Counted from the stretch's first letter, positions 29,402 to 40,572 are shown. The stretch: 64,000 bases of DNA from an uncultured Planctomycetota bacterium (GCA_963841915.1 CAWJEN010000005.1:992001-1056000), one strand, 5' to 3'. Notes: generated from the sequence alone by a model not told the origin. A program made the numbers and translations.

Positions 29402-30958
29402 CTAATCCTTGGTAACCGTGGTAACCGAATAGGCGGGCAGCTCAATCGAGTCGCCGTCGAGCGTGGCGGTGTCGTGCTGCAGGTGCCTCATGCGGGCGAT
29501 CATTGTCGCCGGCTCGCCTTGCAGCATGTCGACCTTCATGCCCGAGTGGTCGCCGGAAAGCTTTACAGTTATCGGCTTGTCGCTGAAGTTCAGGAAGAGC
29601 ATGCCGTCGACAACTTCACCTTGAGAATCTTCAAACGCCCATCCGCTGACGGCGTCGTAGGTCGCGTCGCTGGCGGCGATGGTCGGGCTGTCGAGCTCGA
29701 GGTGGATGGCGGTGTCTCGGCCGTTCATCGCTTGACCGAACATGGACATGACCATGCCTGCAGCCGACAGCTCGCCGCGCTTGGTCGGCGACAGGTCGGG
29801 GTTGACGACCTGCTCCTGAAACCCGTCACTCTCGTTCCACATCGCCGGGTAGAGGTTGCCACCGGTGATGTTGTGGAAGTGAACCAACTCCACCCGCCCG
29901 CTGTCGAGGAAGGCGTCCATCGTTCCGGCAATGAGCAGCCCGTGAGCCCACGTGTTGCGGACAACGCCGACCCGATCATCGATGTTGAACTCGGTCAGCC
30001 AGATCGGCAGATCGTCGGGCAGATCAGCTTTCTTCATCAGCCGTTCCCACTCGATGTACGGCTGAGCCAGGACGGCGGCAACGCCTTGGGGCGTCTGGAG
30101 CTTGGCATAGATGGCCCTTTGATAGTCAGGGGTTCCCATCCGGTTGCCGCCCTCGCTCACGCCGCCGTTTTCGAAGTTGTTCGTGTCGAAGAATCCGTCG
30201 AGACCGTGGCCGACGTAGGTGTGCACGGTGATGGCGTCGATGACATTGCGGTCGAGCAGGTGAAGGGACTCCTTGTTCCAGAAGCGTCGCCTTTCGCTGT
30301 GGTGCGGCAGGCCACCGCTGCTGGCAACGGCTGCGACGCGAGCGTCGGGAAAGGCCTCTTTAAGCTGCTTCGCCCAATCGTTTGCGCCTTCGGCATACGC
30401 CGCCGGTGACGGGTATTTGTCTGTCACGAAGCTGTCGGCACCGGCACCAAAATACAGCTCGTTGCCCAGCTCGAGCAGTTTCACCGGTAGGCCCAGCGAC
30501 TCTGCCTTCTTCAGATGCTCGACGTGGACGCTCGGCTCGTAGTGAATCACGTTGAGCATGTAGACCGGCTCGAACCCGACCTTTCTAAATCCTTCTGCAA
30601 GATTCTCAAGGGAATAGCGGTTGCTCCCTTTGGATACGTTCCGCGTCCACTTGATCGTCTTGTCGTAGTCGATTGATCCCGGACCTTCGGCGGCAAACAC
30701 CCAGCCGCGGTCCCAGTCCCAAATATTTCCGAGGCTACCGGCCGGGAAGCGGACGGTGCCCGCGTTGAGCGCCTTCGTGCCTTCAACAAGATCGTCGTTG
30801 CTCCACGGCTCGCTGTAGCTCGTCAAGTTCCCGTTGAACCCGACAAAGGTGGGGGAAATGGTGTGAGATGCACCTGGCGACGCTTCGAGCGGGTCGGCGG
30901 CGAAGGTCGGGGTTGCCATGGCGGCGGCAGAAAGTAGAGCGGGAAGTAGGCGTTTCAT
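29402..30958 (-). CDS. Secreted clan GH-A glycoside hydrolase (GH51/GH79-like)
   Basis: Signal peptide; VRFPAGS, ELGNE (acid/base), WLTEFN (nucleophile); ELPAYSV C-terminus. Confidence 0.78.
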   Translation of the reverse strand: MKRLLPALLSAAAMATPTFAADPLEASPGASHTISPTFVGFNGNLTSYSEPWSNDDLVEGTKALNAGTVRFPAGSLGNIWDWDRGWVFAAEGPGSIDYDKTIKWTRNVSKGSNRYSLENLAEGFRKVGFEPVYMLNVIHYEPSVHVEHLKKAESLGLPVKLLELGNELYFGAGADSFVTDKYPSPAAYAEGANDWAKQLKEAFPDARVAAVASSGGLPHHSERRRFWNKESLHLLDRNVIDAITVHTYVGHGLDGFFDTNNFENGGVSEGGNRMGTPDYQRAIYAKLQTPQGVAAVLAQPYIEWERLMKKADLPDDLPIWLTEFNIDDRVGVVRNTWAHGLLIAGTMDAFLDSGRVELVHFHNITGGNLYPAMWNESDGFQEQVVNPDLSPTKRGELSAAGMVMSMFGQAMNGRDTAIHLELDSPTIAASDATYDAVSGWAFEDSQGEVVDGMLFLNFSDKPITVKLSGDHSGMKVDMLQGEPATMIARMRHLQHDTATLDGDSIELPAYSVTTVTKD

Positions 30959-30980
30959 AGCAAGCTCGTTATTGAAGAAG

Positions 30981-33575
30981 TTACTCACCGTCAGTGGCAA
31001 TGCTGCGACGCCACAAGCCGTTGCCGCGAGTCATCATGTAGAGCTCGGGCTCGAACACATCGCCCGGGCCGTCTCGATCGATGACCTTGCTGCGGACCGG
31101 GTAAGGCCAAGGCATGTCGGCCGTCATGTCACGGACATTTGTGACCTTCAGTGACGCGTCGACCGTCGCGGCGAACGTGCCGTCGGCCCGGCGGCCGTCG
31201 GCGTGGGTACTTGGATACGAGAAGAAGACGTCGACGCTGCCGTCGTCACGCGGCCACGCGTCGAGTCCGCGGAACTCGAGCCGCTGACCTTCCTCGAGCC
31301 ATGCCGGCCTGTCACGTAGCGAGGCGACGTCGTCGTACGTCACGAGCGTCTTGAACGTCTTGCCGTCGTCGTTGCTGCCGACGAGTGGCGGACGGTCGCC
31401 CGTGCCACCGGTGAAGATCAGGCGTGTGTCACCCGCGGCGACGACGGCGAGTTGCCGGCGTCCGTCGTACTCGGCATCGGGCGTGTCGGCCACAATGTCC
31501 CAACGCCAGTTACCCTTGGCAGCGTCATCGGCCTCGCCACGCCAGATCCGGCGGCCGATGTGGTCGAGGCACCAGACGACGTCCGCCTTGAGCGGGTCGA
31601 CGCGAAGGCTGTTGCCCTCGCTCGGGATGTGCGTCGGCGTCGGGCCGTCGAAGTAGATCGTCATCGGCGTTGCCTTGGGCAGCGGCGTGCCGGCGCGGAC
31701 GGCCTCGATCATCGCCGGCACGTCATCGACACGCCAGACGCCTCGGCCGAACGTGCCGATGTAGGCCGCCTTCGGGTCGTGCGGGTCGGCCACGATCTGG
31801 TTGTAAAGCAGGTGAGGCAAACCGGCGAGGTAGTCCTCGCTTCCGCCGATCTTGACCCACCGGTCTTCGACGCCCATCGTTTCCAGCGGCTTTGCCCAGA
31901 GTTCGCCTGTCTCGGCGTCGGAGCCCCAGCCAACAGCAACGTGTGCCAGCACGATCGGCGGCGTGGCACCGTGCGGCGGAAGGACGTTTGACGCATTGCT
32001 GCGTGACGAGATGCGGGGCGGCGGTTTCAGGTCGTTCGTCCAAGAGAATCCACCGTCGAAGCTCTCGTGCACGCAATTGTCAGCTACCGAATTGATGACG
32101 TACTCGCCCCACGCGGCACCATCGAAGACGAATTCGCTGTTCTGTCCACGCGTGCGATAGAAGGGGACGCTGTCGCCACCACCGGGCGCGTTCTTCATCG
32201 GAACTTGTCGAACAAGTCGCGTGTAGCGCGGCTGCCAATCGCTGCCCTGGGGGTCCTGCGACGGGTCGGTGACGTGCAGCGTCTGGCTGCTGGTCGCAAA
32301 GACGTGACCGCCCGCTTCACCCCACGCTTTGGGGGCGACGATGACGTTGTGGCTCATCACGCCCCATTTTTCCCAGCCGAGGTCGAAGCTCTCGTTGCTC
32401 CGGTCGACACCTTCTTCGAAGTCGTACCACATGACGCGCTGCCAGTCTGCCGACGGTGTGTCGCCGCTGAGGTCGACGACGAGACGCCAAAGCCCTTGCT
32501 GGGGCCGCCAGAAGCTGGCGAGCAGTTCGTGCCGATCCGTCGTGCTGCGGACGGCATCAAGCGTCGGCTTCATGAGGATGAGCTTGTCGATCTGCTGGAG
32601 CTCGTCAGGAAGCCCGCCACCCGATTGGTTGAGGTCGGTCCACGACACGGAGCCATCAAGCCGCGTGGCAAAGATGTGCGTCACGCCTTCGCCTCCGACG
32701 CTGCCGTCACGACCTGTCGTTACCGCCGCCGAGTTAGATCCGTGCGGGACGGTGTAGGTCGCGTACAGCCAGTCACCCGCCGGGCCGAGGGTCGCACCGA
32801 CGCAGTCACCGGCATCTTTCGGTGCTGCAATGTGCTTGAAGGTCTCGCCGCCGTCGCGTGTGACGAAGACGCCGGTTGCCGTCCCCAGCACGAAGGTGTC
32901 GGCATCGGTCGGATGGACATCGACGCTGAATCCGTCACGTCTACCTTCGCCCTCGGCGTAGCGGACACGCTCCCAATTGTCGCCGCCGTCTCGCGACAGA
33001 TAGAAGTCACGCTCGCCGAAGTTGCCGGGATACAACCCGTCGGCGACGAGCTGTTTCTTGTAACCGTGGCTGTCGCTCCAGCGGTGACCTTCGCCGGGTA
33101 GCGCGATGACTAGGTTCGCATCGAGCGGCGTGACGCCGATGACGCCGATGCTGTCCATCTTCCAGTCGGGCAGATCGATCCGACGGTGAGAACGGCCGGC
33201 ATTGTCGCTGACTTCGAGCGACGCGTCGGTCCCGACGAACAGGCGGTCCGGGTTCGTCGCGTGCGCGACGGCCGTGTTGACATAGCTGCTAGCCACGTCG
33301 CTGCCGATGTAGTGCCAGCTTTTGCCGTAGTCGTCGCTGCGATAGTGACCCTCCATGTCGCTCGAGAGGTAGAGCCTGCCGGGCAGGTTCGGGTCGAGCG
33401 TGATGTCCTGGATCGCACCGCCGGCTCCGGCATTAAGGTTCTGCCAGACGACGTCGTCCCAGCCGTCGTAGTCGCCGGAAGCTTGTTGGACTTGGGAACT
33501 TGGTTGGGCATGCGTGCAAGCGCTGGCACAAGCGACCACCAAGGCGGCCGCAACGCGGGGGAGCAGTTCTGTCAT
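30981..33575 (-). CDS. Secreted BNR/Asp-box beta-propeller protein (GH74/sialidase-like fold)
   Basis: Repeated SxDxGxxW boxes (SDDYGKSW, SRDGGDNW, TRDGGETF, SFDGGFSW, SNDDGKTF); TRGNGLWR end. Confidence 0.8.
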   Translation of the reverse strand: MTELLPRVAAALVVACASACTHAQPSSQVQQASGDYDGWDDVVWQNLNAGAGGAIQDITLDPNLPGRLYLSSDMEGHYRSDDYGKSWHYIGSDVASSYVNTAVAHATNPDRLFVGTDASLEVSDNAGRSHRRIDLPDWKMDSIGVIGVTPLDANLVIALPGEGHRWSDSHGYKKQLVADGLYPGNFGERDFYLSRDGGDNWERVRYAEGEGRRDGFSVDVHPTDADTFVLGTATGVFVTRDGGETFKHIAAPKDAGDCVGATLGPAGDWLYATYTVPHGSNSAAVTTGRDGSVGGEGVTHIFATRLDGSVSWTDLNQSGGGLPDELQQIDKLILMKPTLDAVRSTTDRHELLASFWRPQQGLWRLVVDLSGDTPSADWQRVMWYDFEEGVDRSNESFDLGWEKWGVMSHNVIVAPKAWGEAGGHVFATSSQTLHVTDPSQDPQGSDWQPRYTRLVRQVPMKNAPGGGDSVPFYRTRGQNSEFVFDGAAWGEYVINSVADNCVHESFDGGFSWTNDLKPPPRISSRSNASNVLPPHGATPPIVLAHVAVGWGSDAETGELWAKPLETMGVEDRWVKIGGSEDYLAGLPHLLYNQIVADPHDPKAAYIGTFGRGVWRVDDVPAMIEAVRAGTPLPKATPMTIYFDGPTPTHIPSEGNSLRVDPLKADVVWCLDHIGRRIWRGEADDAAKGNWRWDIVADTPDAEYDGRRQLAVVAAGDTRLIFTGGTGDRPPLVGSNDDGKTFKTLVTYDDVASLRDRPAWLEEGQRLEFRGLDAWPRDDGSVDVFFSYPSTHADGRRADGTFAATVDASLKVTNVRDMTADMPWPYPVRSKVIDRDGPGDVFEPELYMMTRGNGLWRRSIATDGE

Positions 33576-33680
33576 AAGGCCTCCTCAGGCAAGGGCCCGT
33601 TCGTGGGCCAGGCGTCGCCCTTCCAAGGGCAGAGAAACAAGAGCCGTCAGCCTTCGCTGTCGGCTCCCGGAAAGGGTCGA

Positions 33681-34214
33681 TCAGTCGATCAGTTTGACCT
33701 CGAAGTTGCGATACTTGTAAAGCGCGCCGTACTGCTTTTGGCCGTAGAAGAATTGGATTCGGCCGTCGTTCACCTCCGGATCAAAGATGAACTCGGCCTT
33801 GATCTTGTTCCAGCCGCCCGGGGTGTTCTGCCAGACACCTGTGGCAACCTTCTCATCGTCCGTACTCTTCTCGTTGTCAGCCTCCGGCACCGTGATAATG
33901 GTGCTCGCGCCGGGACCGCCTTGAGCCTCGACGGCGAAGACGTAACGCTTGCCAGCCTCCAGCTCAGGGAACATATCGGCAGGCAGCTTCATGACTGCCA
34001 TCGTCCACTCGTCGACGACAGTCGAGTCAAAGATGATGGTGTCGCTGTCGATCTTGAGCGCGTCGTCGCCGGCCTTAAGTGTCTTGCCATAACCGGGCAG
34101 GTTCGGGCCCTTCATCCAGACGGTGGTTTCTCCCAGATCTACAGCCGAAGCCGGAGCGGCGAGGAAGGCGGCCATCAGAACGGCGGCTGTCGCTATAAGT
34201 GTTTTGATCTTCAT
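33681..34214 (-). CDS. Small secreted protein, possibly a carbohydrate-binding beta-sandwich
   Basis: Signal peptide MKIKTLIATAAV; LEAGKRYVF...W..IKAEF...YRNFEV pattern. Confidence 0.6.
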   Translation of the reverse strand: MKIKTLIATAAVLMAAFLAAPASAVDLGETTVWMKGPNLPGYGKTLKAGDDALKIDSDTIIFDSTVVDEWTMAVMKLPADMFPELEAGKRYVFAVEAQGGPGASTIITVPEADNEKSTDDEKVATGVWQNTPGGWNKIKAEFIFDPEVNDGRIQFFYGQKQYGALYKYRNFEVKLID

Positions 34215-34248
34215 GTTTTGTGGTGGTACGAGCTTGAGGCGGTTCGGC

Positions 34249-34944
34249 CTAGCGGCGGCGGCGCAGCACGAGCGCCCCGATGCCAAGGACGCCTGCGACG
34301 GCCGACGGTTCCGGAACTGGTGTGACGGAAAGGCCCAGGTCGCGGACGCGAACCGAGCCGCCATCGGTGGCGACAATGCTCAGCGTCTGACCGGCAGCGA
34401 TTGTGAAGCCGATGTTCTGGAACGTGGGCGTGGACGAGCCACCCGTAAAGTCGCCGTAGGTGGCGCGTGACAGCGTCAGCATGTCGGTTCCGTTGCTGAT
34501 GACGATGCCCTCGGCGTCGGAGTTCACGTTCTGGACACGGACGATGTCGAGCACGATATCGACATCGCCTGGCGTCGAACCAGCACCGTTGAAGTCGTAC
34601 AACAGCGTCTCGAGGACGCCGTTGTTCATACTTGCTGTAGTCGTGTTGTCGAGATCCTGACCACCATCAATGAGGCTTTGCCCGACGGAGTCGACACCGA
34701 GCCCGCCACCCGAGCTGGCGACGGTTGCAGGCAGGCCGAGCGGAACCGGCAAGGTCAGGGCACTCGTTGCCGAGACGCCGACAGTGAAGTCGGTCATGGA
34801 TGTCGGATCGGTCAGAACTGTGGTCTGGCCGGAACCGTCAAGCATGCCGTTGCCAGACGAACTGAAGTTGACGAGTAGCGCTCCGTGGACCGAAGCGGCG
34901 GCGGCGAATGACGCTGTGGTAGCGATAGATGTGATCAGACGCAT
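34249..34944 (-). CDS. PEP-CTERM sorting-domain protein
   Basis: AGGAGG RBS, signal peptide, VPEP-TM-RRRR. Confidence 0.9.
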   Translation of the reverse strand: MRLITSIATTASFAAAASVHGALLVNFSSSGNGMLDGSGQTTVLTDPTSMTDFTVGVSATSALTLPVPLGLPATVASSGGGLGVDSVGQSLIDGGQDLDNTTTASMNNGVLETLLYDFNGAGSTPGDVDIVLDIVRVQNVNSDAEGIVISNGTDMLTLSRATYGDFTGGSSTPTFQNIGFTIAAGQTLSIVATDGGSVRVRDLGLSVTPVPEPSAVAGVLGIGALVLRRRR

Positions 34945-35046
34945 GATTCCTCCTACAAGACAGTGAGTGCAGCCCATCGACGGCAGCCGCGGAAAGCCGC
35001 TTGGCCGGTTGTTCACCGGCCGGTTGGTATGTTCTGCTGGTTCACC

Positions 35047-35694
35047 TCAACGGCGGCGACGCAGGCCGAGCAGGCCCATGCCAAGCAGGCTGGCGATCGA
35101 GGTCGGCTCTGGAATCGCGTTGACGGTAAAGTCGAGCGTGCGGATGCGATAGCTCTCGCCCTCGCCAACTCCGAGGACGACTGAGCCGCCATCGACGCTG
35201 AAGTTCGTCGCGACTGTGTCGTTCAGCGCGGAGAAGCTGCTGGTATCGCCGCCCACGGTGAGCGTGAGGGTTTCGCCATCGTCGCCGTTGAACAACGTGA
35301 AGCTGTTGAGCGTGACGTCGATGGGATTCATCATCGCGTCAGTGAAATCGAATCGAAGCATCTCTGTGTAGCTTCCACCTGACCCGACGACCGCCGGGTC
35401 ATTCTCGATCTCGCCGCCGTTGTCACCACCGGCTGAGTCGACACCGAGGCCGAAGTTGTTGTTGCCCAGGGCGGTGTTGTTATCAGGGTTGATAACGTTG
35501 CCACCGCGGCTGCCCGAGGACGTCAGCGTAACGAAGGTGCCATCGACACTCGCCGTAGCGACATTTGAACCTGCCCCATTATCGCTTACGAGTGCGCCGA
35601 ACTGGCCGTTCTGGGAGAAGTCGATAAGGGCGGCGTTAGCACCTGTCACGAGGGCGGTGGAAGCGATGACTGCGGCGATGGTCTTGATTTGCAT
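35047..35694 (-). CDS. PEP-CTERM sorting-domain protein
   Basis: GGGGAG RBS, signal peptide, IPEP-TM-RRRR. Confidence 0.9.
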   Translation of the reverse strand: MQIKTIAAVIASTALVTGANAALIDFSQNGQFGALVSDNGAGSNVATASVDGTFVTLTSSGSRGGNVINPDNNTALGNNNFGLGVDSAGGDNGGEIENDPAVVGSGGSYTEMLRFDFTDAMMNPIDVTLNSFTLFNGDDGETLTLTVGGDTSSFSALNDTVATNFSVDGGSVVLGVGEGESYRIRTLDFTVNAIPEPTSIASLLGMGLLGLRRRR

Positions 35695-35814
35695 TGCGGT
35701 ACTCCCCGATAAATCGCACGCTGCCGGCTGGCGAGCGAGCGTGATTAAGAGTGGCGGGGCACAACGTCACGCCGTCCTCCAAGAGTCAGGCTCGGCGGAT
35801 GCCGGCCAGAGGTA

Positions 35815-35850
35815 AGAATAACACAGCAATGCCCTGTGTCAACACTAACG
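35815..35850 (-). promoter_or_regulatory. Putative sigma70 promoter overlapped by palindromic operator
   Basis: TTGACA (35842-35837), 16 nt, TATTCT (35820-35815). The -35 lies inside GTGTTGACAC; same element at 41841-41876. Confidence 0.6.
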
Positions 35851-37461
35851 CTAGTTGTTACTGTGGAAGGCCTTCGGCAGCCACTGCTTCGACTTCGGGT
35901 TGCCCAAGCCGATTACCCAGGTCGCATCACCGGACGTCGGGCGCGACAGGGCGACCACGACTTCATGCTCGCCGGCGAGGAGGTCGACCATCGCCCACTG
36001 ATTCAGCGGCGTGCGGTGGAAACTCGGGGCCATGCGGCCCTCTTCCCGGCCGAGCAGGAGCTCGCCGTCGAGCCATACGCGGTGCGGCTGCGGGCTGTTG
36101 AACATGAACTGCTGACGCCCGGTTTCGTCGGCAGAGATGTGAAAACGCATCCGCATCAACAAGGTGGGCGCCTCAAAGGCGTCACTCGCGAGGCTGCCAG
36201 AGGTCCCGGTGAATCGCACGCTCTTGGCCGACGCGGGAAGCGTTGGGCATGGCGTCGGCATGCCAGGCGCACCAGGAAGGCCAAAGTGCTCCCTATAGCC
36301 TGGGCGGGTCCGCCAATCTTCAAAAGCAATCTCAGCCTCTAGGCCGAATGGTTTTGTATCCGTGGTCGGTTCGGCTGCCGGGCTTGGTCGACGGCCGCCG
36401 AGCTTCTCCCGAAGCATCAGCACCTGATCTGTAAAGTCGTCGAGCGTTTCCGGGTACTTCACGCCCGTCGGCGGCTTGACCTCTGGCGTGACGACAAGTT
36501 GACGACCAATGGGCTTGAGCCATTTTTCCCCGATGCAGTCGGGGTCGAGGATGCCCAACAATGCGCCGGCCGTCGCTCCGGTGCAGTCGGTGTCGCAGCC
36601 ACAATTGACTGCCGTGCAGATGGTTCGGCCGAAGTCGCCGTTGCCTTCGAGCCAACCGAGCATGGTGAAGCAGAGGTTCTGCGTCGTGTCGGTCATGTTG
36701 TCGCTGCCGTGGTGCTTGATGACGAGGCTGCGCACCTGTTGCCAGTCACCCGATTCGTCCCACCACGTGATGGTGTCCTGGATCGCCCGTGCCGTCCTGC
36801 CGTCTTGGGTGATGTGTTGCAACGCTGCTCGGATCATCGGTCGCGGGTCGTCAGCCGTCGTGTGGTTAAAGGCATCCGCCTGCAACGCGGCCAGAAACAC
36901 TTCTGCATCAACACCATCGCCGGCGTGGTCCAGCACGGCATCTTCCTTGGCATACAGCGCTGCAAGCTCCGGATCACCCGCGGCAAGACACGCCCAGATC
37001 TCGCTGCGGATCGCCGCGCCCATGCCGTTGGAGAACCAGTTGTCAAAGCTCCCCGACAGCGGCGGACGCAGGCCCAGCTTCAGGTTGCGGATCGCCACGC
37101 CGTACTCGTCGAATGGAAAGTCGACGTTCTCCAGGAACGCGTCTGCAATGACGTCGCGGTCGACCCGCAACGTCTCGCCGCGATTAAGCTGACCTTGTAG
37201 AACAGCGGCCCAAAGCACCTGCAGGTCGAGGTCGTCGTTCGGCAGCATCTCCTGCGGAATCGGGTCATAATAGGTCAGATCCAGCACCGTCGGCACCCCC
37301 TCGAAGGGCATACCCAGTGTGCCACCCACGGCCTTGCCGAGCCAACAGGCCATCACGCGGTCGCGGAAGCGAGACGGCTCCGTCGACCGCTTGGCTGACG
37401 CGGCTGGCTGCGGAGCAAGCCGGCTAAGGCCGGCGGGGCGATCTTTCTGGAGGAGCGTCAT
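35851..37461 (-). CDS. ADP-ribosylglycohydrolase-family protein with C-terminal beta-sandwich extension
   Basis: GKAVGGTLGMPFEG, PNDDLD, NGMGAAIRSE, GCDTDCTGATAGALLG. Confidence 0.88.
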   Translation of the reverse strand: MTLLQKDRPAGLSRLAPQPAASAKRSTEPSRFRDRVMACWLGKAVGGTLGMPFEGVPTVLDLTYYDPIPQEMLPNDDLDLQVLWAAVLQGQLNRGETLRVDRDVIADAFLENVDFPFDEYGVAIRNLKLGLRPPLSGSFDNWFSNGMGAAIRSEIWACLAAGDPELAALYAKEDAVLDHAGDGVDAEVFLAALQADAFNHTTADDPRPMIRAALQHITQDGRTARAIQDTITWWDESGDWQQVRSLVIKHHGSDNMTDTTQNLCFTMLGWLEGNGDFGRTICTAVNCGCDTDCTGATAGALLGILDPDCIGEKWLKPIGRQLVVTPEVKPPTGVKYPETLDDFTDQVLMLREKLGGRRPSPAAEPTTDTKPFGLEAEIAFEDWRTRPGYREHFGLPGAPGMPTPCPTLPASAKSVRFTGTSGSLASDAFEAPTLLMRMRFHISADETGRQQFMFNSPQPHRVWLDGELLLGREEGRMAPSFHRTPLNQWAMVDLLAGEHEVVVALSRPTSGDATWVIGLGNPKSKQWLPKAFHSNN

Positions 37462-37599
37462 GAGCGTGGGTCTTGGGCGGAGCGGCGGAAGCGGTCAACC
37501 TGTATTGTTACACGCACGGCGGCCTTGAGCAAGCGCTTGTTTGGCGGGCGTGGCAGGTTGGCGTGTACAGTGGTGGACCGGAACGCCCGGCCCACCTTC

Positions 37600-38778
37600 A
37601 TGAGCGGCAAATACTCCGACCTCCTGCAAATTGAGCCTGACAGCGGTGAGCCGCTTGTCAGGCAGATCCAACGCATGCTCCGCCGCGAGATCGGCGAGGG
37701 AAGATTACCCGCCGGGGAGCAGCTTCCGTCCATGCGACAGATCGCCGACGACCTGGGCGTCTCGCTCGGCATCGTCAAGCAGGCACTCAACACCCTCACC
37801 AGCGAAGGCTACCTCAAAAGCAGCCCGCGGCGGGGCGTCTTCGTCAGTCGGCCACGTTCCAGCGTCCGTGACGTCGCACTCGTCCTGCCGATGCTCACGA
37901 ACGAGCAGATGGTCCGCGTCATTGCCGGCGTGCGTAAGGGACTGGCCGGCACGAACCTGCGCCTCGTCATCCAGGCGGCCGACGCTGATTACGAGACAGA
38001 GCTGCACCTGCTGGAATACCTGGACCCGGCCCTTGTCGCTGGTGCCATCATCTACCCGCCGGGCGTTGCACAGAATGCCGAGCCGCTCGCCCGGCTGCGG
38101 GATCGTGGCATTCCCGTCGTCCAGGTCGTCCAGGCAATGGACTATTCATCCACCGATGCCGTCGTCGTTGACGGCTTCCAGCAGGGCCGCACGGCCATGA
38201 AGTACTTGCTGGACAAGGGCCACCGCCGCATCGGCTTCGTCGACACCACTGCCGATGCGGCGACGTTCGACGAAATTCGCGAAGGCATGCAGGCCGCGCT
38301 CGAAGCGACCGAGCTGTCGTGGGAAGACCTCCGCCGGGTCGCCCTCAGCGAGGCCGATCTCGACGCCGACACGCCTTGGGCCAACGGCGAGCGGGCGGCC
38401 AATCTGTTGCTGGGCAACGACCAACGGGCGAACCAACGGGACGATCAAGCCGACGACGGCGACGAAGACGACGACGGTCAGCTCACCGCGCTCATCGGCA
38501 TCAACCCGCATATCACGCTCGGCTGCTACCGTGCCGCTCGCGCTGCCGGTCGTAAGATCGGCATCGACATCAGCGTGCTGGCAATGGGGTCCGACCTGCC
38601 GACGTTTGCCCTGCTGCAGCCGTCGATCAGCGTCGTCGACTCACCCATGGAAGCCATCGGCGAGCGGGCGGCGAGGCGCCTCGTGAAGCTCATGGACGGA
38701 GAGAGCGACAGCAGCCGCGTCATCGAATTACCGCCCAAACTCGTCGAGCGAGAGAGCGTCCACTCCGTCGGCGGGTAG
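37600..38778 (+). CDS. GntR-HTH / LacI sugar-binding hybrid regulator (AraR-like)
   Basis: GEQLPSMRQIADDLGVS...RRGVFV; GHRRIGFV; ISVL...PSISVV...LVERES. Confidence 0.9.
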   Translation: MSGKYSDLLQIEPDSGEPLVRQIQRMLRREIGEGRLPAGEQLPSMRQIADDLGVSLGIVKQALNTLTSEGYLKSSPRRGVFVSRPRSSVRDVALVLPMLTNEQMVRVIAGVRKGLAGTNLRLVIQAADADYETELHLLEYLDPALVAGAIIYPPGVAQNAEPLARLRDRGIPVVQVVQAMDYSSTDAVVVDGFQQGRTAMKYLLDKGHRRIGFVDTTADAATFDEIREGMQAALEATELSWEDLRRVALSEADLDADTPWANGERAANLLLGNDQRANQRDDQADDGDEDDDGQLTALIGINPHITLGCYRAARAAGRKIGIDISVLAMGSDLPTFALLQPSISVVDSPMEAIGERAARRLVKLMDGESDSSRVIELPPKLVERESVHSVGG

Positions 38779-38973
38779 TCGGCCGTCGCGCATTTCCAGC
38801 CTCACGCGGACAACCTTCTGGAGTACCGTTACAGCTTTTTCTGGCCGCGGTGCGTGCTGTTGCGCACAATATTGGTCCAGCTGACAGTTTCGGTTCTCGC
38901 GATTGGATGACACAGCGAGGCAGTGTATTGACGCAGTCGTGACTTCTTCGCGACCATGCTCTACAAGAGTGTC

Positions 38974-40410
38974 ATGCCGCCGAACATTGTCTTTGTGTGC
39001 ACGGATGAAATGCGGGCCTCGGCGCTCGGTCGGCACGGCAACGTCTTCGACCCGACGCCTCACCTCGACAGCATCGCCGCCCGCGGCGCTGCCTTCTCGC
39101 GCTGTCATTGTGTTCACCCCAAGTGCACGCCCGAGCCGCACGAGCGTCCTCACCGGGCAGTACCCGCACGTCGGCGGGCACCGCACGCTCGACCTGCCGG
39201 CCCGCCTGAACGAACCCAATTGCGTCCGCGCACTCAAGGACGCCGGCTACGAAACCTGCCTCGTCGGGCGAAATCACGTCGTTGACGACGAGACGATGCC
39301 GATGACGTTCGACCACTGGCTTCGACCGAAGGCCGGGGTGCGACTCGATCCGCCGACGTGGTCGTGCGGCGTCGAGGGCAGCTACCTCTACGGTCGCGAC
39401 GACCGCCGGCTCGAGGAGACCAGCGACTACGTCCGCACCGCGGCGGCGTGTGATTGGATCGAACGACGCGACAAGAGCAAACCGTTCTTTATCTGGCTAA
39501 ACCTCGAGTTTCCGCACCCACCCTACGCCGTGACGGCGCCGAACTACGGGCGTATCGACCGGGCGACGATCGAGCTGCCGCCGCTGCACGCCGGGACGGA
39601 CAAGCCGCCCGCATTCGAGGTGCTCCGCAACGCCTACGGCACCGACGCCATGACCGAAGCCGATTGGCGTGAACTCGTCGCCGTCTACCACGAGATGTGC
39701 ATGGACTGCGACGATCGGGCGAAGGACCTCACCGACACGCTTGAACGTCTGGGGCTGACAGATGACACCATCTTCGTCCATTGGGCCGATCACGGCGACT
39801 TTGCCGGCACGTACGGGCTTCCGGAAAAGTGGGACACGGTTTTTGCCGATTGTCTGACGCGAGTGCCCTTGTCGATGACGGGCCCCGGCGTGCCGAAGGT
39901 CGAGTGTGATGCGCTCGTCGAGCTGATCGACGTCATGCCGACGTTGCTGGAACTCTGCGACGTCGACGGGTCCGGTCGGCATGCACGGCACGTCGCTGGT
40001 CGGCCTGATGAACGGCAAGGTCGACGCCGTCCGCGACGTCGCCTTCTGCCAAGGCGGGCAGGAAAAGTCGCTGCTTGATCGGACGGTCCCGCACCGCCAG
40101 AATCCGCGGCCGGCCCCGGCGTACTACCTCAAGCAGCTCGCCCTCGAGCGTGACCCGCACATCAACGCACGGGCCAAGAGCCTTGTTCGACGGCCGCTGG
40201 CGGTACGTCTGGCACCTGCCTCGCGAGACGGGTGGGCAAGCCTTCGAGGAGCTGTACGACACGGCGACCGATCCGGATGAGCTGACGAACCTCGCCCCGG
40301 CCGCCGCGGGCGAGTCTGCCGTGGCATTGCAACGGCTGCGAGTCCGGCTGATCGAGAAACTGGTCGAGACGGAGACGACGCTGCCTCTACAGGACCATCT
40401 CGAGGCGTAG
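38974..40410 (+). pseudogene. S1 formylglycine-dependent sulfatase interrupted by three +1 frameshifts (pseudogene or sequencing error)
   Basis: PNIVFVCTDEMR...CTP|SRTSVLTGQYPH...WADHGD...ELIDVMPTL...|MHGTSL...|FDGRWRY...ELYD...DPDELTNLA across four frame segments; removing 3 nt gives 478 codons. Confidence 0.88.
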
Positions 40411-40572
40411 AGCACGTCTGGGGTTGCGCGTTTCTCGCTCACAACGCTGTCGTAGCTGCGGTCCGCCGGACCCGACGTCTGCTAGCCTTGCAGGCGGCAT
40501 CGCTGCCACTGCTTTGTTCGGTGCCCCTGCTTGCCTCGGTGGAACTGTCTGGTCCGGTGAATCTGTCAGCTT

